The notes below the pieces were generated by a model. That model had not been told where the DNA came from and ran no database searches. It saw nothing but the letters and a program-made list of their open reading frames with translations. The position numbers and the translations under genes are program-made. Positions 26,709-36,200 of a stretch of DNA of 57,358 nt are shown piece by piece. The DNA is from an uncultured bacterium (GTDB lineage: Bacteria > Patescibacteriota > Minisyncoccia > Moranbacterales > GWC2-37-73): assembly GCA_903837175.1 (NCBI GenBank), contig CAILTR010000101.1, forward strand, positions 1 to 57,358, written 5' to 3'. How positions within the stretch are numbered: position 1 is the first letter of the stretch; each line of letters opens with the position of its first letter.

Positions 26709-27953
26709 ATGCTAAAAAACAATGATGCATTTGCTAGTGCGTTGAGCCAACTTGAACAAGTGCAGAAGTTAATTAAAATTGATAAAAATATTTTTGCTCA
26801 ATTGCAAGCTCCGCAAAGAATTTTAGAAGTTTCGATTCCAGTTAAAATGGACAATGGCAAAATCCAGGTTTTTACTGGTTATCGCAGTCAATTTAACGAT
26901 GCGCGCGGGCCCTTTAAAGGTGGAATTAGATTTCATCAGGACGTTAATGTCTCAGAGATTAAAGCTCTAAGCGCGTGGATGACTTGGAAAACTGCGGTGG
27001 TGGATATTCCTTTGGGCGGTGGGAAGGGTGGCGTAATTGTTGATCCGAAAAAATTGTCTCAAGGCGAGCTGGAAAGATTATCACGCGGATATTTGCAAGC
27101 GATTTATAAATTTGTGGGACCTAACTTGGATGTGCCAGCACCGGATGTTTATACTGATCCTAAGATTATGGGCTGGATGCTGGATGAATATGAAAAAATT
27201 TCCGGCATTCATCAACCTGGTGTAATTACGGGTAAACCACTCTCAATTGGGGGTAGTCAAACTCGGGGATATTCCACCGCTCAAGGAGCTTTTTATGTTT
27301 TGCGTGAGGCAGCTAAAAAAGTTGGCCTAAATAAAAATGCTACGGTGGCAATTGAAGGTTTCGGAAATGCGGGAGCGCATTTGGCGGAAATTTTACAAAA
27401 AAATGGTTATCGGATTGTGGCGCTGAGTGATTCAAAAGGTACGATTGTGAATTATATGGGGTTGGACGTTTTGCAAGTAAAAAAGCACAAGGAAAAAACT
27501 GGTAGCGTGCTTGGCTATGTAGGGGCTGAGAAAACCAAAAACCTGCACATTCTGGCGCAAATGGTTGATATTCTCGTGCCTTCGGCTTTGGAAAATTCAA
27601 TCACCGCCGACAACGTAAAAAATATTAAAGCAAAATTAATTATCGAAGTAGCTAATGGCCCAACTACACCAGAAGCGGATGCAGTTTTAGCTAAACGAAA
27701 TATCATGGTTGTGCCTGACATTCTGGCCAATGCTGGTGGGGTTGTGGTAAGCTATCTAGAGCAAGTTCAAAATGCCTATGGCTATTACTGGAGTGAACAG
27801 AAAGTTTTGAAAAAATTAGAAGCTATTATGATAACTTCTTTTAACTGTGTTTGGCAAGAGAAAATGAAACATCATACGACGGTGCGCATGGGAGCTTATG
27901 CTTTAGCGGTAGAGCGCGTAGCTCAGGCGATGAAAGATCGGGGTAGAAATTAA
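26709..27953 (+). CDS. gdh: glutamate dehydrogenase (Glu/Leu/Phe/Val dehydrogenase family)
   Basis: 414 aa; catalytic GGGKGG loop context (PLGGGKGGV), GFGNAGAH Rossmann motif. Confidence 0.93.
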   Translation: MLKNNDAFASALSQLEQVQKLIKIDKNIFAQLQAPQRILEVSIPVKMDNGKIQVFTGYRSQFNDARGPFKGGIRFHQDVNVSEIKALSAWMTWKTAVVDIPLGGGKGGVIVDPKKLSQGELERLSRGYLQAIYKFVGPNLDVPAPDVYTDPKIMGWMLDEYEKISGIHQPGVITGKPLSIGGSQTRGYSTAQGAFYVLREAAKKVGLNKNATVAIEGFGNAGAHLAEILQKNGYRIVALSDSKGTIVNYMGLDVLQVKKHKEKTGSVLGYVGAEKTKNLHILAQMVDILVPSALENSITADNVKNIKAKLIIEVANGPTTPEADAVLAKRNIMVVPDILANAGGVVVSYLEQVQNAYGYYWSEQKVLKKLEAIMITSFNCVWQEKMKHHTTVRMGAYALAVERVAQAMKDRGRN

Positions 27954-27986
27954 ATAAAAAAGCTAAGTTGGTGTACTATAGGATAT

Positions 27987-30149
27987 ATGGGAAAAAAGCT
28001 CCAAAAATCAAGCAAGCACTATTGCTGGCAGGCTGTATTGGGATTTTCAGATGCTGTTTTATTCTTGGCTTTTGTGGGGGTTGGTTTTCTCGCTTGGCTT
28101 TATTATTCCGCTACTCCAGCTGCAAATCAGTTAGTTTTGCGCAAGATTCAGCAAACCTCAGTAATTTACGATAGAAGTGGGGAGCACGTTTTATATCGAC
28201 TTTATGGTGAACAAAATCGCAAAATAATTTTACACGATGAAATTCCGGATATTGTTCGCAAGGCCACTATTGCTACGGAAGATAGTAATTTTTATCATCA
28301 TTTTGGAATCGATCCATTTGCGATTCTACGTGCGCTAAAGGTTAATATTGCAAATAATTCTTTTCGGCAAGGCGCTTCAACAATTACCCAGCAATTAGCT
28401 AGAAGTGCCTTTTTAACCAGGGAGCAAACAATTCGGCGTAAAATTTTAGAAGTCGTTTTTGCTTTGAAGATAGAACGCAATTATACAAAGGAGCAAATTC
28501 TAGATCAATATTTAAACGAAGTTCCTTATGGCGCAAATGCTTATGGGATTGAGGTGGCTAGTCAAATATATTTCGGAAAAGAAGCTAAAGAATTAACTTT
28601 GGACGAAGCTGCACTTTTAGCAGCGTTGCCAAAGGCACCCTCTTTTTATTCGCCTTATGGAGAGCATCACAGCGAACTTGTGCTTAGACAAAAGGACATT
28701 TTGCTTAAAATGAGCCAGCTTAAACTTATTACGCAAGCTGAAATGGAGGAAGCTTTAAGGGTTGATACTTTTGCAAAAATAAAACCCTTTGTTCAGCCGA
28801 TTGAGGCGCCACATTTCGTTTTTTATGTTTTAGGCCAGTTAGAGGAAAAATATGGCCGGGATTTTTTGCGCAGTGGCGGACTGGCTATTTATACTTCCCT
28901 GAATTGGGAAATGCAACAAACTGCCCAGGAAGTCGTGAGCAGTGGGGCTCAGCGTAATTTGGTTCGCGGTGCAACTAACGCAGCGCTAGTGGCGCTTGAT
29001 CCCAAGGATGGTAATATTTTAGCAATGGTGGGCAGTAAGAATTATTTTGATCCAACAATTGATGGTCAAGTTAACGTGGCGCTTAGTCTTCGTCAGCCAG
29101 GTTCTTCTTTTAAGCCTTTTGCGTATGCACATGCTTTTGAGCTTGGCTATCAGCCAGAAACAAAAATTTTAGATGCTCAAACTAATTTTGGACCAGATGG
29201 TAGCGGGAAGGATTATGTACCGCGAAATTACGATGGAAAATTTCATGGCCTACTGACGATGCGCGAAACGCTTTCTCAGTCGCTCAATATTCCCGCAGTC
29301 AAGACGCTGTATCTAGCTAGTATTGATGGCACTCTCGAGCTGGCGCATCGGATGGGAATTACGACGCTCAATGATCGCAAGCGTTATGGACTTTCCTTGG
29401 TGCTGGGTGGCGGAGAAGTTAAGTTACTAGATATGACGAGCGCCTTTTCAGTTTTTGCTACCGAGGGTATCAGAAATCCAGCGCAAAGCGTCCTGAAAAT
29501 TACTGATTATTCAGGTAACATAATTGAGCAGGCCCAGCTTAATCCTGAGCAAGTTTTAGATGTCCAAGTGGCTCGAAAAATAAACTCCATTCTGTCGGAC
29601 AATAAAGCGAGAACTCCAATTTTTGGACCGAGAAGTTCACTTATTCTTGATGACGGTCGCTTGGTAGCTGCTAAAACTGGCACAACTCAGGAATTTCGCG
29701 ATGCTTGGACAATTGGGTATACGCCTTCACTAGTCGTTGGCGTTTGGGCAGGCAATAATGATAATCATCCAATGAAAGCTGGGGCAGATGGGGTTTTTGT
29801 CGCTGCGCCAATTTGGAAGGATTATATGCAAAAAGTTTTAGTGGGCTTACCGAAAGAAACGTTTATTGCTTACGATGTTCAAAATAATTCAAAGGTTGAT
29901 CAGGTAGCGGGAATGTTGGCAAAAGTTACTTATTATAATGAGAAAACTGGTAAGAAAATTTCAGCGAAAAAAGCCAGTCAAATAGATCAAGCAAAAGTTA
30001 GACAAAAAATTGAATATATTCCACTTGATAAATCTATTGAAAAGTCTGTAAAAAATACTTTCAGTATCGCGATGCCTGCGCCAACGGATCCAATGTATTT
30101 ACGGTGGAATAATGCTTCGTTTCCAATTTTGAAAAAAGAAGTGAAATAG
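27987..30149 (+). CDS. class A penicillin-binding protein (transglycosylase/transpeptidase)
   Basis: 720 aa; GT51 motifs ATEDSNFYHH, GASTITQQ, RKILE; transpeptidase SSFKP, SLN, KTGT. Confidence 0.92.
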   Translation: MGKKLQKSSKHYCWQAVLGFSDAVLFLAFVGVGFLAWLYYSATPAANQLVLRKIQQTSVIYDRSGEHVLYRLYGEQNRKIILHDEIPDIVRKATIATEDSNFYHHFGIDPFAILRALKVNIANNSFRQGASTITQQLARSAFLTREQTIRRKILEVVFALKIERNYTKEQILDQYLNEVPYGANAYGIEVASQIYFGKEAKELTLDEAALLAALPKAPSFYSPYGEHHSELVLRQKDILLKMSQLKLITQAEMEEALRVDTFAKIKPFVQPIEAPHFVFYVLGQLEEKYGRDFLRSGGLAIYTSLNWEMQQTAQEVVSSGAQRNLVRGATNAALVALDPKDGNILAMVGSKNYFDPTIDGQVNVALSLRQPGSSFKPFAYAHAFELGYQPETKILDAQTNFGPDGSGKDYVPRNYDGKFHGLLTMRETLSQSLNIPAVKTLYLASIDGTLELAHRMGITTLNDRKRYGLSLVLGGGEVKLLDMTSAFSVFATEGIRNPAQSVLKITDYSGNIIEQAQLNPEQVLDVQVARKINSILSDNKARTPIFGPRSSLILDDGRLVAAKTGTTQEFRDAWTIGYTPSLVVGVWAGNNDNHPMKAGADGVFVAAPIWKDYMQKVLVGLPKETFIAYDVQNNSKVDQVAGMLAKVTYYNEKTGKKISAKKASQIDQAKVRQKIEYIPLDKSIEKSVKNTFSIAMPAPTDPMYLRWNNASFPILKKEVK

Positions 30150-30185
30150 TTTTTACGGAGTATATGTAATACGAAATAAACTTAG

Positions 30186-30252
30186 TTGGTGGTAGATAAG
30201 CATTGGAGGTCGAGCCTCCATTAGGGAGGCTCGACCTCCTTGCAACCACCAG
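30186..30252 (+). other. nested GC-rich palindrome downstream of the PBP gene
   Basis: 15-bp stem GGAGGTCGAGCCTCC/GGAGGCTCGACCTCC (30205-30239) inside outer TGGTGGT/ACCACCA pairing. Confidence 0.8.
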
Positions 30253-30292
30253 TAATTTAATTGATTCAGTATAAGTTATGTTTTCAGAAACT

Positions 30293-30424
30293 AAGTCAGA
30301 AATTTTTACTTTGCTTGTTTACTTTTTAGAGACCGCGTTTGACCAAAAGACAATGGTCAAAAGCTTAGCACTCTGTTACTTATATGGCCTAAAAAGCAAA
30401 AAAGCTCGTAAAAATTCAGAGGTA
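30293..30424 (+). repeat. structured ~130-nt intergenic repeat, copy 4 (more degenerate)
   Basis: P1 30301-30309/30408-30416; hairpin TTGACCA/TGGTCAA 30339-30360; helix TTTTTAG/CTAAAAA conserved. Confidence 0.8.
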
Positions 30425-30503
30425 ACCTTTAGCTAGAACTAGGAATTGCGTATGGCTTGTTTTTTGTTTGTCGAGTTGAGTATTTTTATGGTAGGGTTAA
30501 AAG

Positions 30504-31289
30504 ATGAAAAAGAGAAATATTATTATTTTCATTGTTCTTGCTATCGTTGCCGTTGGGGTTTATTTCGGTTTGCAAAAAAAACGGCAAGTAATAATCAGTA
30601 ACCAAGAGGCAATAGGCAATGAGCAAGAGACAGAAAGCAATAGCCAAAAGACAATAGAGAATATTCAGGAGACAGTAAACAGCGAACAAAAAGCAGACGG
30701 CAACAATCAAGCTGCAGTAGCTGATAGACAAAAGACAAGAGATAGTAAGGGGGAGGTAGAGATAAAGTCATCAGTCATCAACGATCAGCCATCAAGCCTG
30801 GATGCGGAGAAAAAAAGTTCCAGTGCTGGGAAAATTGTGCAGAGCTTGGTTAGTTGGGGATTTCAAAAAGCAACTGGGCGCAAGATCGATACGCTCATTG
30901 TGCATACTTCCTATAACGCTTTGGGCGGAGATGAATTTGATAAGGATCAGGTAATGCAAGAATGGAAAGACGCGGGCGTGGCGCCTCATTATATGATTGC
31001 GCGCGATGGCACGATTTATCAACTCGTGGCTGATCAAAATATTGCTTGGCACGCCGGAGTGGCCAAAATGCCGGACGGGCGCACGGACGTCAATTCTTTT
31101 TCAATCGGTATTGAAGTCATTAATACTAAGGAGGAAAAATTTTCTAGCGCTCAATATGATGCATTAAATCGCCTCATTGGCGATCTCAAGCAAAAATATT
31201 CCATCAAATATATTCTCGGTCATGGTGAAATCGCCCCCGGACGCAAGACAGATCCCTGGGGAATAGCTTGGAGCAAAATTAGTCGTTAG
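30504..31289 (+). CDS. N-acetylmuramoyl-L-alanine amidase (Amidase_2/PGRP type) with low-complexity N-terminal linker
   Basis: C-terminal IVHTSY ... APHYMIARDGTIYQ ... AWHAG ... GHGEIAPGRKTDP; N-terminal TM plus Q/E/N-rich repeats. Confidence 0.85.
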   Translation: MKKRNIIIFIVLAIVAVGVYFGLQKKRQVIISNQEAIGNEQETESNSQKTIENIQETVNSEQKADGNNQAAVADRQKTRDSKGEVEIKSSVINDQPSSLDAEKKSSSAGKIVQSLVSWGFQKATGRKIDTLIVHTSYNALGGDEFDKDQVMQEWKDAGVAPHYMIARDGTIYQLVADQNIAWHAGVAKMPDGRTDVNSFSIGIEVINTKEEKFSSAQYDALNRLIGDLKQKYSIKYILGHGEIAPGRKTDPWGIAWSKISR

Positions 31290-31431
31290 CTTTAAATCAA
31301 TTGTGTATTTGATTATGGCGCTATGATTTTAGTAAACACCCAAATTTTTAATTTTGAAGTTTGAATTTTTAATTAAATTTTTAATGTTAAAATGTTTTAA
31401 AAATTAAGTTATTTATTAATTTGATATTGAT

Positions 31432-31465
31432 TTCAAATTTCAAATTTCAAATTTTAAATTAAAAA
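31432..31465 (+). repeat. TTTCAAA word array
   Basis: GATTTCAAATTTCAAATTTCAAATTTTAAATT upstream of 31477; the same word flanks the lgt insert. Confidence 0.8.
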
Positions 31466-31476
31466 TTGCAACGATT

Positions 31477-31743
31477 ATGTTGTTAGAAATTTCTCTCGAT
31501 GGCAACGATATTAAGCTAACTTTAAAAAACGGTCGTAAGACGGTTGATGTTTTTGCATGGAACGACGAGTACACCTTAAGTGAAAAACTGTTGCCTAACA
31601 TCGATGGCTTGCTTAAGAAAAACAAAGTCTCAAAAAAACAAATCGAAAAAGTGACAACCAAAATTACCAAGACTTCGGGCGTGACTAGCATCCGGATTGT
31701 TCAGACAGTCGCTAAGGCTTGGAATGTCGCAAGCAGATTTTAG
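31477..31743 (+). CDS. small protein, possibly a minimal TsaB-like fragment
   Basis: 88 aa; LLPNIDGLLKKNKVSKKQIEKV ... TSGVTSIRIVQTVAKAWN loosely resembles the N-terminal half of TsaB/YeaZ. Confidence 0.4.
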   Translation: MLLEISLDGNDIKLTLKNGRKTVDVFAWNDEYTLSEKLLPNIDGLLKKNKVSKKQIEKVTTKITKTSGVTSIRIVQTVAKAWNVASRF

Positions 31744-31836
31744 ATTTTAGATTCTAGATTTTAAAAAAAAGGCTGAAAAGCTGGACCTGGGAATATAGAA
31801 GCTTTTAAATCAGAGCTAGGTATATCCTAAGAATAA

Positions 31837-31845
31837 TGGTATAAT
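31837..31845 (+). promoter_or_regulatory. extended -10 element upstream of 31889 gene
   Basis: TGgTATAAT. Confidence 0.4.
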
Positions 31846-31888
31846 TTTTATAGTTGAAACTTCTTCATAATTTTTTAAAATAAAAAAC

Positions 31889-32254
31889 ATGCCAGTAAAA
31901 ACTAAGACCAAAACTAAAGTTAGTGTGAAAGCAAAACCTAAAAAAGTAGTAAGATCAATTGCTAGTCTCAAAACAAATCATGGTGATTGGAAAAATTTAG
32001 TGCAGGGTTTTGTGGAAAATGTTTTCGAACGCCTTAGCGAAAATGTTTCCCAAAAAGTTCACGCTTGGGTAAAGGTCTTAAAACTCCGAACGGCCGGTTT
32101 TATTTTAGTTGTATTGGGAGCGTTTTATTTATTGATTGGAGTTTCGGTTTATTTAAATTCAGTGCTGGGTCTTATTCTGCCAGGACTTGGCTATGTGACA
32201 GTTGGAGTTTTAGCAATTTTAGTTGGTTCTCTTTTAGGAAAAAGTAAAGTTTAA
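31889..32254 (+). CDS. YqjE/DUF1469-like (holin 3_6 family) membrane protein
   Basis: 121 aa; basic N-terminus and two C-terminal TM helices; adjacent to a DUF883-like gene as in yqjD-yqjE loci. Confidence 0.5.
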   Translation: MPVKTKTKTKVSVKAKPKKVVRSIASLKTNHGDWKNLVQGFVENVFERLSENVSQKVHAWVKVLKLRTAGFILVVLGAFYLLIGVSVYLNSVLGLILPGLGYVTVGVLAILVGSLLGKSKV

Positions 32255-32400
32255 TTAGATAAATCACTAATCAGCCGCGAATTGATTCGCGAATATTCAC
32301 TAATAATATGGGAATTAATTCACCAACAAGCGTGAATTATAAATTCAAAGTATTAGGGAATATTCGAGAAAAATTAGGGTTTGATTCGGGATAAAAACAC
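32255..32400 (+). repeat. CACTAAT/TCGCGAAT/ATTCGAG-type leader (before the DUF883-like gene)
   Basis: AAATCACTAATCAG..CGCGAATTGATTCGCGAATATTCACTAATAAT ... GAATATTCGAG ... GATTCGGG in the sense orientation of the downstream gene. Confidence 0.7.
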
Positions 32401-32401
32401 T

Positions 32402-32647
32402 ATGAACAAAAAACAAGTTAAAAGAGCAGCCGTAAGGACAGTTAATAAAGCAAAGGAAACAGGCGCCGAGCTTGAAAAGATCGCAAGAAGAGAATATGCG
32501 AAAATTAAAAAGCAAATGGACGCGACTGCTAAAAAAGTAGAAGGGTTCGTGAAAAAAAATCCTGAGAAAGCCGCGGCTATTTCCGCTGGGATTGGTCTAG
32601 CCCTCGGGACGATTGCAGGAATTTTGGCTTCAAAGAAAAAGAAATAA
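32402..32647 (+). CDS. YqjD/ElaB-like (DUF883) tail-anchored protein
   Basis: 81 aa from ATG 32402; charged helical region then C-terminal TM AAAISAGIGLALGTIAGILASKKKK. Confidence 0.5.
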   Translation: MNKKQVKRAAVRTVNKAKETGAELEKIARREYAKIKKQMDATAKKVEGFVKKNPEKAAAISAGIGLALGTIAGILASKKKK

Positions 32648-32686
32648 GTCAGTTAGTAACTAGTAATCAGTAACTAGTAACCAGCA
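32648..32686 (+). repeat. AGTAACTAGTAAC-type 3' trailer (after the DUF883-like gene)
   Basis: TAACTAGTAATCAGTAACTAGTAACCAGCAAAT directly after the stop; near-identical to 41921-41956. Confidence 0.85.
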
Positions 32687-32695
32687 AATAGAGAA

Positions 32696-32722
32696 AGGCA
32701 GGGAGAAATCCTTGCTTTTTTT
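32696..32722 (+). terminator. terminator after the DUF883-like gene
   Basis: GCAGGGA-GAAA-TCCTTGC then TTTTTTT. Confidence 0.8.
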
Positions 32723-32815
32723 GTATCCCAAATTTTTGTTTCTTCTCTTAATTTATCTTGTCGCTACTTTGGAGGGATTTTTAATTATAACTTGAAAATT
32801 ATTTTTGACTGGTTG

Positions 32816-32934
32816 GGCTCAGATTCTTCGACTGCGTTGTTTTTTCTTTGGCGACAAAACAACTTCGCTCAGAATGACACATAGTGGGGGGATTTCAAAC
32901 AATACAGTAATCTAACAATATAACAATCTGAGCC
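32816..32934 (+). repeat. possible diverged relative of the structured repeat
   Basis: Outer 10-bp stem GGCTCAGATT/AATCTGAGCC (32816-32825/32925-32934); inner hairpin GTTGTTTT/AAAACAAC followed by TTCGCTCAGAATGAC. Confidence 0.35.
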
Positions 32935-32949
32935 AAATTCTGGCTTCTG

Positions 32950-32978
32950 TTGACACTTTTTTAGCCTTGTGTTAAGCT
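32950..32978 (+). promoter_or_regulatory. promoter for the rpoBC operon with ~225-nt leader
   Basis: TTGACA-17 nt-TAAGCT with TGt extension. Confidence 0.5.
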
Positions 32979-33211
32979 GGAAACATATTCAAGAACTAGG
33001 ACTGAAATTCCTTTCTTTTTTGCATTTTTTGGGGGTGGAAAAAGTGCATAATCTTCGTCTGTTCTAGAGCTATAAAAGGCTTTAGAAAAGGCATAATTCT
33101 CAAAGGAGAATGAAAGTGAAAAAATACAAGCGAGCGAATTAAATAGCCTTAATTTAAAACTCATTTCGGCTCTTTGTTTTTGGTTACAATTCCAAAAAAT
33201 AAGGAGAACTG

Positions 33212-36200
33212 ATGAGCGTTGTTTTTATGGTCAATGAAAAGAAAGCCCTCAAAGTGAAGGACTCTTATGGAGCGTCTTCATCGTTGAGTCGAAGAAAGTT
33301 TTTCAGAAAGCAGACAGTAGTTTCACTCCCAAACCTGATCGAGGGTCAAATTGACGCTTATCAATGGTTTTTGAAAAAAGGTCTGCGAGAACTGTTTGAT
33401 GAAATCAATCCGATTAATGATTTTACGGGTAAGGATTTAGAGCTTTCACTCACTGACTATTATTTAGACGAACCAAAGACTTCAGAGCTTACAGCTAAAA
33501 GCAAAAATATTTCCTTTGAAGCGCCACTGCGAGCTAAGGCGCGCTTAGTGATTAAGAAAACTGGTGAAATTAAAGAGCAAGAAATTTATTTGGGAGACTT
33601 CCCAGTAATGACTGAGCGAGGAACTTTTGTGATTAACGGGGTGGAACGCGTGGTCGTTTCTCAGCTGATTCGTTCTTCAGGAGTATTCTTTACGATGGAA
33701 TATCAAAAAGGCAAGAAGCTCTTTGGCGCTAAACTGATTCCTAATCGCGGAGCTTGGATTGAAATTGATACTGATTTGACTGGCGTACTGAACGTTCGCA
33801 TTGACCGCAAACGAAAAATCCCCGTAACTTCCTTGTTGCGTGCTTTTGGCATGCAGAAAGATGAAGAAATCTTAGCGGCTTTCGATGGCGCTGATAATGG
33901 CGAAGTTCATTTTATTAATGAAACCTTAGTTAAAGATATTACGAAAAATCAAGGTGAAGGTTATAAGGAAATTTATAAAAGAATTCGTCCCGGCGATTTA
34001 GCTACCGAAGAAAATGCTAAACAATTAGTTAATGGCATGTTTTTCAATTTTGAAAAATATGATTTTGGAAGCGTGGGACGTTATCGCTTAAATCAACGTT
34101 TGATGGTTGAACGTGAGGATAATGAGGAAAATAGGGTTCTTCGGATGGACGACCTGCTGCTGATTATTAAGGAAATTATCCGGCTTAATAATACGCCAAA
34201 CGCCATGGCTGATGATATTGATCATCTCGGAAATCGTCGCGTGAGAGGCGTGGGCGAATTAGTTCAAAATAAATTACGCATCGGAATGTCACGCATGGCT
34301 CGCAATATCAAAGATCGCATGAGTACTTGCGATGTTGAAACGGTAGTGCCAGGACAATTGATTAACTCTCGACCGGTGGCAGCTGCGATTAAGGAATTTT
34401 TCTCAAGTTCGCAACTTTCTCAGTTTATGGATCAAGTTAATCCCTTGGCTGAGTTGGAACATAAACGTCGTCTTTCAGCGATGGGACCAGGAGGTCTAAC
34501 TAGGGAACGCGCTGGGTTTGAAGTTCGCGATGTGCATCATTCGCATTATGGCCGAATTTGTCCGATTGAGACTCCAGAAGGTCCAAACATTGGGTTGGTA
34601 GGTCACATGGCTTCTTACGCTCGAATTAATGATTTCGGCTTTTTAGAGACGCCTTATATTCGGATCGAAAAAGAAGTTCCAGCCACGCCAGAGGCGCTGG
34701 TAAATAGAATTTTAAATGAAGATATTGCTGGGGTTGGAAAAATCTGGGATAAAATTGACGAAGAGCTAGCTAAAAAAATTATTAAAGCGGGTAAAAAAAC
34801 CGTTCAGATCAAACCGCATATCTCCAATGAAATTGCGTATGTTAACGCAACTGTCGAAGATCGCCAGATTATTACCCATGCTCGCGTAGCAACCGATGAA
34901 AATCGTAACATTGTAGATAAGATGGTTGAAGCTCGCGTAAAAGGACATCCAGAAATGATTGAAGCGGAAAGAGTTGATTTAATCGATGTTTCAGCTAAAC
35001 AATGTATTTCGATTGCAACTTCGCTGATTCCATTTTTGGAACACGATGATGCTAATCGAGCGCTCATGGGTTCAAACATGCAACGTCAAGCTGTGCCTTG
35101 TATCGTGCCGCAAGCACCGTTTGTGGGAACTGGAATCGAAGATAAAGCCGCGGCTGATTCAGGTCAGGTTGTTTTGGCTGCTAATGATGGCGAAATAATT
35201 GAAGTTGACGCTAGTCACATTGTCGTGAAGGAAAGCGCTCCGGTTGGAACGAAAAAAGATAGCTTTAAACGAGAATATCGTTTGCAAAGTTTCGTTAAAT
35301 CAAATGCTTTTACAAGCATGAGTCAAATTCCGCGCGTGGTAAAAGGCGAGCTGGTTAAAAAAGGACAATTGCTAGCTGATGGGGCTGCAACTGAATATGG
35401 CGAATTAGCCTTAGGTCAAAATCCACTAGTAGCCTTTATTCCCTGGGATGGTTATAACTTTGAAGATGCGATTATTTTATCTGAAAGACTGCTGCGAGAA
35501 GATTGGTACAGTTCAATTCACATCGAAGATTTCTCAATTGATATTCGCGATACGAAGCTTGGGCCGGAAGTGGTCACGCGGGATATTCCAAATATTGGTG
35601 AGGAACGTTTGAAAAATTTGGATGAAACGGGAATTATTCGCATTGGCGCTGAAATTTCTTCCGGGGATATTTTGATTGGAAAAATTACGCCAAAAGGTGA
35701 AGGCGATTTAACGCCAGAAGAAAGACTGCTCCGCGCAATCTTTGGTGAAAAATCCAAAGATGTGAAAGACTCTTCTCTTTATTTGCCACATGGTGAACAT
35801 GGAAAAGTGGTGGACATCAAAATCCTTTCCCGCGAACAGGGTGATAAGCTTTCAACTGGGGTGATTAAACAAATTCAAGTTTCAATTGCGCAGCTTCGAA
35901 AAGTTTCTGTAGGAGATAAATTAGCCGGACGCCATGGAAACAAGGGGGTAATTTCCCGCATTGCGCCAGTGGAAGATATGCCATATTTACCAGATGGTAC
36001 GCCAGTGGATGTCATTTTAAATCCTTTGGGGGTGGCATCTCGTATGAATATTGGTCAAATTTTGGAAACTCATCTTGGTTGGGCTGCTTTGAAGTTAGGT
36101 TATAAAGCCGCAACCCCAGCTTTGGATGGAATGACTGAAGAAGACATTAAAATCGAACTTAGAAAAGCCGGCTTGCCAGAGAGCGGAAAAATTCGTTTGA

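Noticed and set aside
30486-30731. 81-aa minus-strand ORF antisense to the amidase N-terminus
   Set aside because: It arises from the low-complexity Q/E/N-coding repeats of the amidase linker. Its Leu/Cys/Tyr-rich repetitive translation is typical of an artefact.
32961-33164. 67-aa minus-strand ORF in the rpoB leader
   Set aside because: It lies between the rpoB promoter and start on the opposite strand, with no start context or family resemblance.
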